From: Parasegetibacter sp. NRK P23
GTDB lineage: Bacteria; Bacteroidota; Bacteroidia; Chitinophagales; Chitinophagaceae
Reading direction: 5' to 3'
NCBI RefSeq assembly: GCF_023721715.1
Contig: NZ_JAMDLG010000001.1
Span: 3,857,655 to 3,921,654, forward strand
Length of the DNA: 64,000 bases
Shown here: positions 47,583 through 56,966 of the stretch, piece by piece
Position numbering within the stretch: position 1 is the first letter of the stretch
Layout: every line of letters begins with the position of its first letter
The notes under the pieces: model-generated
The model's input: only the letters and a program-made list of their open reading frames with translations
Told to the model about the DNA's origin: nothing
Databases searched by the model: none
Translations under genes and position numbers: made by a program

Positions 47583-48104
47583 TTACAACGAATCCTTCTT
47601 CGCCCCCAGGTTCGCATATTTATTCACCGCATTACAATCCACCTCTTTCAAAGGAAACCCTGTGAACTGAAGCTGCGAACGGTCCGAAAAAACCATTCTC
47701 CCGTTTTTTTCCTCCACCGGCCCATAGCCTTCCACCATCGAATCTCCCTGTTTCAAAAAGCTGACTTCCCGGATAGAAACTTTTCCTTCCGACATAAAGG
47801 TATATTCCCCGAACAAAGTATCACCGGAAGCCTGCAATACCACCATACCCACATTTTTATCTTTCTCAAAAAGATTGTAAGTCAGGTTGCCTTTTATGGA
47901 GTCCGCGCTCACAATCATCGACATGCTGATGGTGTCCTTGCCATTTATGCCGGCATAACAAAGCGCCACATTGCTTTTCGGTACGAAAGCGGCGCCGTTC
48001 TTTCCACCTTCCACCCCATCGGGACTGCTTGGTTTAGGATCTGCATTGTTACACGAGAAAAGAAAGAGGGCTGCCGCGAAAGCCGGGATCTGAAAAAGTT
48101 TCAT
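47583..48104 (-). CDS. hypothetical lipoprotein
   Basis: Start trimmed to MKLFQIPAFAAALFLFSC (lipobox). Confidence 0.55.
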   Translation of the reverse strand: MKLFQIPAFAAALFLFSCNNADPKPSSPDGVEGGKNGAAFVPKSNVALCYAGINGKDTISMSMIVSADSIKGNLTYNLFEKDKNVGMVVLQASGDTLFGEYTFMSEGKVSIREVSFLKQGDSMVEGYGPVEEKNGRMVFSDRSQLQFTGFPLKEVDCNAVNKYANLGAKKDSL

Positions 48105-48444
48105 GGTAGTTTTTTTTAATGAACACACGCATGTGCCCATTCATAATGATAAAATTTAATAGGAATAAAGATAATCGAATTCGTGTGCAGAATGGATGTT
48201 AACGAGATGAAAGGAAAATTTTGAATCCAGAATACTAAAAGAAAATAACGGAAGGGCTTCCGGGCAAAATACTGATTCCGTTAACGGAAAACAACGTCGG
48301 TGGCACCGGTTCCGCGGATTTCACGCCCAAGGGCCTTTTCTTCCAAAAGATTAACACGGTGAACATCAGCAGAAAAACACGGTACCCGGTGGCACCGCTA
48401 TACCGGTGGCACCGGGGTACACAATTCCTTCGTAAATTGCACCC

Positions 48445-50790
48445 ATGTTTAATTACCTGGAAGGATTGAATGAGCAGCAACGAGAAGCTGTATTGCATAA
48501 AGACGGACCCATCATGATTGTTGCCGGTGCCGGCAGCGGAAAAACCAAAGTACTCACCACCCGTATTGCCCACCTCATGGCACAGGGGGTGGACGCGTTC
48601 AACATACTCGCCCTTACCTTTACCAATAAGGCCGCGGCAGAAATGAAGGAAAGGATCGGAAAGATCCTCGGCAATAGTGAAGCGCGTAATCTATATGTGG
48701 GTACGTTCCACAGTGTTTTTGCACGGATACTCCGCGGGGAAGCCCATAACATCGGGTATCCCAATAACTTCACGATATATGATACCGACGATTCGAGGAG
48801 TGTGCTGAAAACGGTGATCAATGAAATGAACCTCGACGATAAGCACTACAAACCCAATGTGGTGCACAGCAGGATTTCAGGCGCGAAGAACGCGCTCGTC
48901 GGGCCCGCGGAATATGCCACGGATTATTACATTCAGCAGGAAGATATGCGGCAGAACCGGCCTGAGATCGCCCGCATCTTTGACGCATACGTGAAAAGAT
49001 GCTTCAAAAACGGCGCGATGGACTTTGACGACCTGCTGCTGAAAATGTATGAACTCCTGAACACGCAGCCAGATGCGCTGCACAAATACCAGCATAAGTT
49101 CAAATACATACTCGTAGATGAGTATCAGGATACCAACCCTGCCCAGTACGCCATCATCAAACTGCTCGCGGCGATGCACGAAAACATCTGCGTGGTAGGT
49201 GATGATGCCCAAAGTATCTATTCTTTCCGGGGGGCCACCATCGAAAACATCCTTCAGTTCCAGAAAGATTATGACGATGTGAAAGTGGTAAAACTGGAAC
49301 AGAATTACCGCTGCACGCAGAATATCCTGAATGTTGCCAACGAGATCATCAGCAACAACAAAGGACAGATTCCGAAGAACCTCTGGACAGATAATGCCCA
49401 GGGCGAAAAGATCAGGCTCGTCCGTACGATGAGCGATAACGAGGAAGGGCATTTCGTAGCAGATACCATCCAGGAACAGAAGCTGCGCAATCATTTCAAC
49501 AACCGCGATTTCGCGATTCTCTATAGAACGAACGCGCAGAGCCGCGCATTCGAAGAAAGCCTGAGAAGAAAGGCCATTCCTTACAAAATATTTGGCGGCA
49601 TGTCTTTCTACCAGCGGAAGGAAATCCGCGACTTCGTGGCCTACCTTCGTATCATCGTGAACGGCCAGGATGAGGAAGGGCTCAAACGTATTATCAACTA
49701 CCCCGCCAGGGGAATAGGAAAAACTACCGTTGAAAAAGCGGTGATCGTTGCCAATGAGCAGAATATTTCCATGTGGCAGGTGCTGGAAAGAGCCGGGGAA
49801 TTTGGCTTCAAAGCGGGTACGTTGGAGTCGATCCAGCAATTCGTTCAGATGATAAAATATTTCCGTGCGTTGCTGAACGATAAGAATGCTTACGATGTGG
49901 CACAGCAGGTGGGTAAGCATACCAACATGGTGAAGGAACTTTTCTCCGATAAAACATCAGAGGGCCTGGCGCGTTACGAGAACGTGCAGGAATTGCTGAA
50001 CTCTATCAAAGAGTTTACCGAAACACCTGATACCGAAGATGGCGAACAGGTGGACAAATCACTTGGCGCTTACCTCCAGCAGATTACGCTGCTAACAGAT
50101 GCCGATAACGATGAAGATGAGAATGCCGATGTGGTAAAACTGATGACCATCCACGCGGCGAAGGGGCTTGAGTTTCCAGTTGTATTTTCTGTGGGGCTGG
50201 AAGAAACATTGTTTCCCAGCGCTATGTCCATCAATACCAGGGAAGAACTGGAAGAAGAGCGCCGCCTTTTTTATGTAGTGGTTACCCGCGCAAAAACGAG
50301 GCTTTGGATTTCTTATGCGAATAGTCGTTACCGCTTCGGGCAACTGGTGCAGAACGAGCCGAGTCGTTTTCTCGAAGAAATTCCGGATGAATACCTAGAC
50401 CGCAGCTACTCAGGTGGTGGTGCCCGGAACCAGGGCGCTTCTTTTACCGGAGGATCAGCTTTCGAAAGAATGAAAGGTGGTTTTGGTGCAGCCGCGCAGG
50501 CCGAAAAAATGTATGGTCCCCCGCCAGCCAAAAGAAAAGATACCAAACCGGCTTACATGCCGCCGCCCGCGCCCGCCAAAGTAGTGGAGCATGTGCCCTC
50601 TACCGATTTTGTTGCCAGTGATACCAGCAACTTACAGGCGGGCCAGCAGGTAGAACACCAGAAGTTCGGGTTCGGAACTGTGGCTAAATTGGAAGGCTCC
50701 GCACACAACCCTATCGCGACGATTAATTTTCAACACAACGGAGAGAAAAAGATTATGTTGAATTACGCGAAGTTGCGGATAGTGGAATAA
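48445..50790 (+). CDS. uvrD: UvrD/PcrA/Rep-family ATP-dependent DNA helicase with Gly/Pro-rich C-terminal extension
   Basis: Walker A (AGAGSGKT). Motifs DEYQDTN, VGDDAQSIYSFRGA, TIHAAKGLEF. Confidence 0.9.
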   Translation: MFNYLEGLNEQQREAVLHKDGPIMIVAGAGSGKTKVLTTRIAHLMAQGVDAFNILALTFTNKAAAEMKERIGKILGNSEARNLYVGTFHSVFARILRGEAHNIGYPNNFTIYDTDDSRSVLKTVINEMNLDDKHYKPNVVHSRISGAKNALVGPAEYATDYYIQQEDMRQNRPEIARIFDAYVKRCFKNGAMDFDDLLLKMYELLNTQPDALHKYQHKFKYILVDEYQDTNPAQYAIIKLLAAMHENICVVGDDAQSIYSFRGATIENILQFQKDYDDVKVVKLEQNYRCTQNILNVANEIISNNKGQIPKNLWTDNAQGEKIRLVRTMSDNEEGHFVADTIQEQKLRNHFNNRDFAILYRTNAQSRAFEESLRRKAIPYKIFGGMSFYQRKEIRDFVAYLRIIVNGQDEEGLKRIINYPARGIGKTTVEKAVIVANEQNISMWQVLERAGEFGFKAGTLESIQQFVQMIKYFRALLNDKNAYDVAQQVGKHTNMVKELFSDKTSEGLARYENVQELLNSIKEFTETPDTEDGEQVDKSLGAYLQQITLLTDADNDEDENADVVKLMTIHAAKGLEFPVVFSVGLEETLFPSAMSINTREELEEERRLFYVVVTRAKTRLWISYANSRYRFGQLVQNEPSRFLEEIPDEYLDRSYSGGGARNQGASFTGGSAFERMKGGFGAAAQAEKMYGPPPAKRKDTKPAYMPPPAPAKVVEHVPSTDFVASDTSNLQAGQQVEHQKFGFGTVAKLEGSAHNPIATINFQHNGEKKIMLNYAKLRIVE

Positions 50791-50792
50791 AA

Positions 50793-50880
50793 ACGTTGCG
50801 CCGTGGCGTCGTTGCGAGAAACTATATTGTCTTCCTGAAAGAAATCTCTCGCAACGACGCCACGGCGCAACGCATAAAAT
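50793..50880. repeat. long perfect palindrome (about 27-bp arms) of the TTGCG-rich repeat family
   Basis: gttgcgccgtggcgtcgttgcgagaaa ... tctctcgcaacgacgccacggcgcaac. Directly after the uvrD stop. Confidence 0.65.
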
Positions 50881-50882
50881 AT

Positions 50883-51476
50883 TTACAACAATACCGCGAG
50901 ACTCCGTACCACAGCTCCCAAACGTACCGCATCGTGGATCTTTTGCTTCGAAGCCCCATGCAATACAATATTCTTCTCGTGTGAAGTCACGCACATCTCA
51001 CAGCCATTTACAGCACTCACCACCAGACTGATGGTCTCGAACAATTCCTTGCCCAGCACCGGGTTGGCCATAATGCTCATGCGGATACCGGCGGGAGCGG
51101 TATTGTAGAACTCTTCGTGCATAAAGTGGCGGAAGCGGTAATATACGTTGTTAGCGGCCATCAGTGAAGTACAGCTGATGACTTCGGCCAACTCTTTATC
51201 GGTAGCACCTTCTTCTCTTGCCTTTGCGGTGAACGCTTCCTGGAGCAGTGTATTTTTTTCGTTTACGGCCACGGCAAAAGCAATGAGGTAAGCTTCTTTC
51301 CTGGGCAGACTCTCCGCCTGAAGGGAATTGGTGATATTGATCTTCAGGTCTTTCAGGTAACGGGCATCTGTAGCTGCGAGTAATTTCAGGGAAGGCGTAA
51401 CGGCAGATGGATCAATGCCGAGGTCCTGGAGCAATGCAACAGCATTGTCCGTGGTATTTGCGGTTCCGAACATCAT
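50883..51476 (-). CDS. AhpD/carboxymuconolactone-decarboxylase-family peroxidase-related protein
   Basis: CxxC...H core (NGCEMCVTSHE). Downstream of peroxiredoxin. Confidence 0.65.
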   Translation of the reverse strand: MMFGTANTTDNAVALLQDLGIDPSAVTPSLKLLAATDARYLKDLKINITNSLQAESLPRKEAYLIAFAVAVNEKNTLLQEAFTAKAREEGATDKELAEVISCTSLMAANNVYYRFRHFMHEEFYNTAPAGIRMSIMANPVLGKELFETISLVVSAVNGCEMCVTSHEKNIVLHGASKQKIHDAVRLGAVVRSLAVLL

Positions 51477-51588
51477 GGTAATAAATTTGAGGGGAAAGGA
51501 AACCGGCTATCCTGGGTCGTTTATCCGGGCTGTTGTTTCTTATGTTGTGCTGGGATAGCCGGTTCCTTAAGAAGATAAAAGAGAAAAA

Positions 51589-52143
51589 TTATGCGGTCAG
51601 TGTGGCTTCACCTTTCTGCCAGTTGCAGGGGCAAAGTTCATCTGTTTGCAGTGCGTCGAGTACGCGGATCACTTCTTTCACGTTACGGCCCACGTTCAGG
51701 TCGTAAAGGGAAACCCAACGTACGATTCCTTGTGGGTCAACGATGAAAGTGGCGCGGTAGGCGATCTTTTCTTCGGCTTCCAGGATACCGAGTTGTTCGG
51801 CCAGTGATTTGGAAGTATCAGCCAGCATAGGGAATTGCAGGTCGCGAAGGTCTTCGTGGTCCCTTCTCCAGGCTACGTGCACGAATTCACTGTCGGTGGA
51901 AGCACCTACCAGCACGGCATCGCGGTCCGCGAAGTCCTGGTAGTGTTTGTTGAATTCCGCGATCTCTGTGGGACAAACGAAAGTAAAGTCTTTCGGCCAC
52001 CAGAACATCACCATCCATTTTCCTGCGTTTTTGATCTCTTCGTAAGAAAGATCATAAAACTCTTTTCCTTTTTCAATGGATACTACTGCTTTCTTTTTGA
52101 ATCCGGGAAATTGCGCGCCGAGCGACAAGGTTGTGTTTTGCAT
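51589..52143 (-). CDS. peroxiredoxin (AhpC/TSA family)
   Basis: Peroxidatic Cys motif FTFVCPTEI. Resolving Cys near the C-terminus (ELCPCNW). Confidence 0.85.
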   Translation of the reverse strand: MQNTTLSLGAQFPGFKKKAVVSIEKGKEFYDLSYEEIKNAGKWMVMFWWPKDFTFVCPTEIAEFNKHYQDFADRDAVLVGASTDSEFVHVAWRRDHEDLRDLQFPMLADTSKSLAEQLGILEAEEKIAYRATFIVDPQGIVRWVSLYDLNVGRNVKEVIRVLDALQTDELCPCNWQKGEATLTA

Positions 52144-52336
52144 GTATTAGCTTGTTTTAGCGCTGCAAATTTCTACCAGTTCATCTTTAAATCAAAATCA
52201 GGGAACTTTCTTTTTTTAATATGATAGGAAAGATCACGTGAAACCCTTTGCTGTGGCAGATTCTGTTGAGTATTTCTTTTCTCTATTCTTAAATAGACAA
52301 AATCTATAACATAAATTATAATATTGATCCTAAGTT

Positions 52337-53893
52337 CTAAGGCAATATTTCCGCCACTTCCCAGGCGTTGTTCGCGGTTTTAATAATACGAATGGAGACA
52401 CTTGGAGCGCTTTCAATGCTGTTGTGACTGATGGCACAAACCTGGAACAACATTTCCTGCGCCATTTCAGGGATCACTTCTTCAAAAGAGCAGGAATCGC
52501 TGCTGAAGCTGACCGCCCTCAACTGTTCAGCGCCTTTCAGTTTCAGTTCAGCTTCATTGCCCCCTCTGTAAAGTACGAATCCTCTTATGGGGCGTTGCTG
52601 GGAAAGCCGTTTAACGAAGAAAACGGCTTTGTTGTCTTTTATTTCCACTTTTTCAACGGAAGGCACTTCGGGCCGGGTGGTGTCCATCCAGGACATGGAG
52701 GGAACGAGCGCTTTGTATTTGTAATAATTCAGCCTTAATGAATCGTTCCAGCCATTCGGATTATTGAGAAACGATTTGGTGCTGAAATACATGCTGCCCT
52801 GCACTTCCGGGTATTCGCGCAGCAACCTGATCTGTTCGGGAAGTTCCTGTTTGTTGCGCCAGGCGGTGGTAACATTTTCCTGGGTGCGGTATATGCCATG
52901 CCCAATATACAGGTGTTTACCGTAAGCATAACTTGCCCACCAGTCTAGCAGTATTTCGTAGGCTACCAGCTTATGGCCGCGCTCCCAGTACAACTGCGGC
53001 ACAACATAATCTATCCATCCTAGTTCCAGCCACAAAAGGATATCCGCATAGAGGTCATCATAATTGGAGAGCCCGCCCCGTGTTGGTGATCCGTCGGGAT
53101 CCTTATCGTTGTTTCTCCATACCCCGAACGGGCTGACGCCGAATTTTACCCAGGGTTTTTCTGCACGGATGGCCGTGAAGAGATTGTGTATGATGCTGTC
53201 GGTATTGCTTCTCCGCCAATCATCGCGTGATACGTTGTTTCCGTATTTTTTATACGAGGCATAGTCCGGAAACTCTTTTCCTGGAATGCGGTATGGATAG
53301 AAATAGTCATCAAAATGAACGGCGTCAATATCGTATCGTTTCACCACATCACTGATCACTTCGGTGAGGTGTTTCCGAACTTCAGGGTTACCAGGGTCAA
53401 AATATTTTTTATCGCCATAAGTAAGGAACCATTCCGGCTTCTTCCGTGTAATATGATCCGTGCTAATGGAAGATGTTCTGATGTTGAATACCGCACGATA
53501 GGGGTTGAACCAGGCATGAAACTCCATGCCGCGTTTGTGCGTTTCTTCCACCATAAAAGCGAGGGGGTCGTAATAGGGTTGCGGCGCGCGTCCTTGTTTG
53601 CCGGTGAGCCATTCGCTCCAGGGTTCATAATCGGAAGGATAGAACGCGTCTGTAGCGGGACGAACCTGCACCACCACGGCGTTCATACCATTGCGCTGGT
53701 GCATGTCCAGCAGTGCAATGAATTCTTCCTGTTGTTTTCTGGAGTCATAATTTCCTCGGGATGGCCAGTCGATATTGTCCACCGTGGCGATCCATGCGGC
53801 GCGCATTTCATATTTGGGAAATTGCTGCGCATGTGCGGAACTGAAAAATAAAAAACTGGCCAGCAGGGCCGGCAATAGCATCGCTTTTTGCAT
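52337..53893 (-). CDS. glycoside-hydrolase-10-like (YddW/DUF4015 family) lipoprotein
   Basis: Signal peptide. TIM-barrel GH10-like segments (AAWIATVDNIDWPS, HAWFNPYR). Confidence 0.65.
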   Translation of the reverse strand: MQKAMLLPALLASFLFFSSAHAQQFPKYEMRAAWIATVDNIDWPSRGNYDSRKQQEEFIALLDMHQRNGMNAVVVQVRPATDAFYPSDYEPWSEWLTGKQGRAPQPYYDPLAFMVEETHKRGMEFHAWFNPYRAVFNIRTSSISTDHITRKKPEWFLTYGDKKYFDPGNPEVRKHLTEVISDVVKRYDIDAVHFDDYFYPYRIPGKEFPDYASYKKYGNNVSRDDWRRSNTDSIIHNLFTAIRAEKPWVKFGVSPFGVWRNNDKDPDGSPTRGGLSNYDDLYADILLWLELGWIDYVVPQLYWERGHKLVAYEILLDWWASYAYGKHLYIGHGIYRTQENVTTAWRNKQELPEQIRLLREYPEVQGSMYFSTKSFLNNPNGWNDSLRLNYYKYKALVPSMSWMDTTRPEVPSVEKVEIKDNKAVFFVKRLSQQRPIRGFVLYRGGNEAELKLKGAEQLRAVSFSSDSCSFEEVIPEMAQEMLFQVCAISHNSIESAPSVSIRIIKTANNAWEVAEILP

Positions 53894-53913
53894 AGTTATT
53901 GGACGTGTAAAAG

Positions 53914-54393
53914 TTATTGGGAGTTGCGCATCCGGTCAAGAATACCGTTCAGTGTTTTTGCTTCATCGGAGGAAATATGCCCCATCAGGCTGTCCATTTC
54001 TTCCTCCATCTCATCAAATTTTTCGAGTATTTTCTTTCCTTTTGGGGTGATGGTGACATCAACAAGACGTTTGTCTTCGCGGCAGGTCGTTTTTTTGGCG
54101 AGGCCCTTGGCCACGAGCCTGTCCACAATACGACTGGTGTCGCTCATTTTATCGAGCATCCGGTTCCTGATCTGAAGGGTGGAAAGTGGTTCGGGCAGTG
54201 CACCACGGAGAATACGGAGGATGTTGAACTGTTGGGGCGTGAGGTCTTCCTTCCCGAACATGGCCTTCATCTTTTCCATCATCCAGTTGTGGGTATAAAT
54301 AATATTGATGAGCGCTTTCTGGTGCTCGTTCCTGAAAACCGACTGGTTGATGTCCTTCTCAATTCCCATAAATATGCTTCTTCTCGCGTGCAA
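53914..54393 (-). CDS. MarR-family transcriptional regulator
   Basis: wHTH (LTPQQFNILRILRGA...LSTLQIRNRMLDKMSDTSRIVDRLVAKGL). Confidence 0.7.
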   Translation of the reverse strand: MHARRSIFMGIEKDINQSVFRNEHQKALINIIYTHNWMMEKMKAMFGKEDLTPQQFNILRILRGALPEPLSTLQIRNRMLDKMSDTSRIVDRLVAKGLAKKTTCREDKRLVDVTITPKGKKILEKFDEMEEEMDSLMGHISSDEAKTLNGILDRMRNSQ

Positions 54394-54435
54394 AAATACG
54401 GTATAATCGTTATGTGTGAATGTACGGAATATGTG

Positions 54436-55467
54436 TCAGGATTCCCATACGCGTGTGCCTTCGCTGCAATTGGCGCAGATGTCGATGTTCTTTCTTCCTG
54501 TCAGCAGTTGCCTTCTGAAATCAATGTAGGCGGGGTTCTTCCATATTTCGCGGAAGCTCTGATGGCGCAGGTTCCCGAGGCGGTGCAGGGCATCTTTATC
54601 GAAGCAGCAGGGCACCACCAGGCCATCCCAGGTAATCACGTTGGCGTGCCACAGTTTCCAGCAATGGTTTTCCAGTTTGTTTTTCTGTATGGTTTCCCCG
54701 TTAGGCAAACGTTTGTAACGGCTGTATTTCTGGTTTTGGGGGATCAGTTGGTGGGGATCGTTTTCATAATCATATACCTGGGCCGTTTTGAACCAAACAT
54801 CATCCACGCCCACTTCCTTCGCGAGTTGCTTCACGTCCTCAAGCTGGTGCTCGTTGGGGCGTACCACCAGGAACTGGAACACTACAAAGGGCTTTTTGCT
54901 GTTCATTTCTTTTTTGGCCCGCACGATATTTTTTGCGCCCTGTATCACTTTTTCGAGGTTACCGCCTACCCGGTATTGTTTATACACCTCCTGCGTAGTG
55001 CCATCAATGGAGATGATAAGCCGGTCGAGTCCGCTTTCCACTGTTTTTCGGGCATTGGCTTCTGTAAGGTAATGCGCATTGGTGGAGGTGGCGGTATATA
55101 CTTTTTTGGAAGATGCATACTGCACCATTTCCAGGAAATCCGGATTCAGGTAAGGTTCTCCCTGGAAATAAAAGATCAGGTACAGCAGGTCCTTATAAAT
55201 ATCGTCGATTGTTTCACGGAAGAAATCGCGGTTCAGCATGCCCGTTGGCCGGGTGAAAGCGCGGAGTCCGCTGGGGCATTCGGGGCAGCGAAGGTTGCAG
55301 GAGGTGGTGGGTTCAAAAGAAACCGAAACGGGATAGCCCCATTGCACAGGTTTCCCGGAGAGCCTGCTGATGCGGTAGCTGCTCCATACTTTCAACATGT
55401 TCCAGGCACGGCGTGGCGTGAGTTTGGAAAGCAGGTTAACGGCATCGTGTCGGTGAAATTGTCCCAT
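54436..55467 (-). CDS. radical SAM protein with C-terminal SPASM/twitch Cys-rich domain
   Basis: CxxxCxxC (CNLRCPEC). C-terminal CCFDKD...CANC. Start trimmed (MGQF) so it does not overlap the divergent GH25 gene. Confidence 0.7.
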   Translation of the reverse strand: MGQFHRHDAVNLLSKLTPRRAWNMLKVWSSYRISRLSGKPVQWGYPVSVSFEPTTSCNLRCPECPSGLRAFTRPTGMLNRDFFRETIDDIYKDLLYLIFYFQGEPYLNPDFLEMVQYASSKKVYTATSTNAHYLTEANARKTVESGLDRLIISIDGTTQEVYKQYRVGGNLEKVIQGAKNIVRAKKEMNSKKPFVVFQFLVVRPNEHQLEDVKQLAKEVGVDDVWFKTAQVYDYENDPHQLIPQNQKYSRYKRLPNGETIQKNKLENHCWKLWHANVITWDGLVVPCCFDKDALHRLGNLRHQSFREIWKNPAYIDFRRQLLTGRKNIDICANCSEGTRVWES

Positions 55468-55525
55468 GAAGTTCAAAGGTAGGGAATAATGACGGTGGAT
55501 TATCTTTGCACCCAACCATCCGTTC

Positions 55526-56305
55526 ATGGCAAAGAAAAAATCCACTAAAACACCGAAGGGCTACAAAATACTTATCGCGATCATGATCGTTTCCATCGTG
55601 GCGATGTTCGGTGTAGCCGGCTATGAATGGTGGAAAGTGCGCCGCGCGAAGTTCATCCGCTACCCCGAATTCGGCATTGATATGCCCGTGAGCTATGAAA
55701 TTCACGGTATTGATGTCTCTAAATACCAGCAAACCATCAACTGGGAAGCCGTGAAAGAAATGGAAGTAGAGGGAATCAAACTCGGCTTTGCATTCATCAA
55801 GGCTACTGAAGGACTGGGCAATGTGGACCGTCAGTTCCGCCGCAACTGGAAACGTGCCGGCGATGCAGCTATGCCACGTGGCGCCTATCACTTCTTCCTC
55901 GCTACCAAAAGCGGCAGGATACAGGCTGAAAACTTTATCAGAACCGTAGCACTTGAACCAGGCGATTTACCCCCGGTACTGGATGTGGAACAAACTTACG
56001 GCGTGGCCACCGCGAAAATAAAAGCGGAAGTGAAAACCTGGCTCGATATCGTGGAAGTGCATTATGGGGTGAAACCCATCCTGTACACAAATGTTTCGTT
56101 CTACGAAAAATACCTCGGGGAAGATTTTGATGAATACCCGCTTTGGGTAGCGCATTACCTTCAGAAAGAACGTCCCCGCATCGGCCGTACCTGGCACTTC
56201 TGGCAACACAGCGAAACCGGTCGCGTGAACGGCATCCGCTCCTTAGTAGACTTCAACGTTTTTAAAGGAGACAGTACGGATTTCAGGGAGTTGCTGGTGA
56301 AATAA
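55526..56305 (+). CDS. GH25-family lysozyme (muramidase), membrane-anchored
   Basis: N-terminal TM segment. GH25 motifs (HGIDVSKYQQTINWEAV, FIKATEG, YHFF). Confidence 0.75.
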   Translation: MAKKKSTKTPKGYKILIAIMIVSIVAMFGVAGYEWWKVRRAKFIRYPEFGIDMPVSYEIHGIDVSKYQQTINWEAVKEMEVEGIKLGFAFIKATEGLGNVDRQFRRNWKRAGDAAMPRGAYHFFLATKSGRIQAENFIRTVALEPGDLPPVLDVEQTYGVATAKIKAEVKTWLDIVEVHYGVKPILYTNVSFYEKYLGEDFDEYPLWVAHYLQKERPRIGRTWHFWQHSETGRVNGIRSLVDFNVFKGDSTDFRELLVK

Positions 56306-56376
56306 TTTTGAAAGTTGAATTTTGAATTAAAGTATTCCCCCTAATCCAAAATCCAACATTCAAAATTTATAATTTC

Positions 56377-56949
56377 CTACGCTACCCAAAGTTTTTCACC
56401 CTTTTTATAAGGCACGCACGCGTCAAACCTTCCCGGGGTCTCAACATAGCGCATCGCTTGTTTAGAACCGATTTCGGAAGTGAAATAACCCAGCAAGGTG
56501 AGTTCTTTCATGAGCCTGAAATAGTGTTTGGGTTCTTCTTTTTTCTTTGTGTTTTGGAATTCTTTTTGTTCGGCATCAAGTGCGGTGAGCAGCTCTTTGC
56601 GTTGTTCCGGTGTGCAGTCCATAAAGCCTTTGCTGAACTTCGCTTTGCAGGCGTCTTCCAGTTTTTTGAAACCGGCTTTAAAGGCTTCCTGTTCCTCTTT
56701 GGTGTAGCAGTCGCGCACCATCACATTCATGAATGCGCCTACTTTGGCGGCTTTTGCCCCTGGGGTAGACGTTGTTGGGATGATGGTTTCAGCCACTTCA
56801 TCGAGCCAGGCGATCTGCTTGTCGGTGAATAGCATTCCTTCGCCGGGCTTTTCTTCGGCGGTGTTGCAACCTGTAAGGAAAACATTGGCGCCAACAATGG
56901 TACCACCCATCAGGAGTGCAACGGCGGAGAGGGCATCTCTTCTGTTCAT
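56377..56949 (-). CDS. gluconate-2-dehydrogenase subunit-3-family protein (Tat signal)
   Basis: Twin-arginine MNRRDALSAVAL. Conserved partnership with a GMC oxidoreductase. Confidence 0.7.
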   Translation of the reverse strand: MNRRDALSAVALLMGGTIVGANVFLTGCNTAEEKPGEGMLFTDKQIAWLDEVAETIIPTTSTPGAKAAKVGAFMNVMVRDCYTKEEQEAFKAGFKKLEDACKAKFSKGFMDCTPEQRKELLTALDAEQKEFQNTKKKEEPKHYFRLMKELTLLGYFTSEIGSKQAMRYVETPGRFDACVPYKKGEKLWVA

Positions 56950-56966
56950 GGTCGTTTATATTTCGG

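Noticed and set aside
48445-50790. UvrD helicase as a partner of the CHAT protein (defence-helicase module)
   Set aside because: It is separated from the giant gene by a convergent lipoprotein gene, a terminator and a repeat. The helicase has the standard housekeeping PcrA/UvrD architecture and start context.
53917-55482. 521-aa + strand ORF spanning MarR and the radical SAM gene
   Set aside because: The minus-strand genes carry clear family motifs (CxxxCxxC, wHTH). The + strand product is compositionally odd, and one ORF cannot plausibly span two convergently organised real genes.
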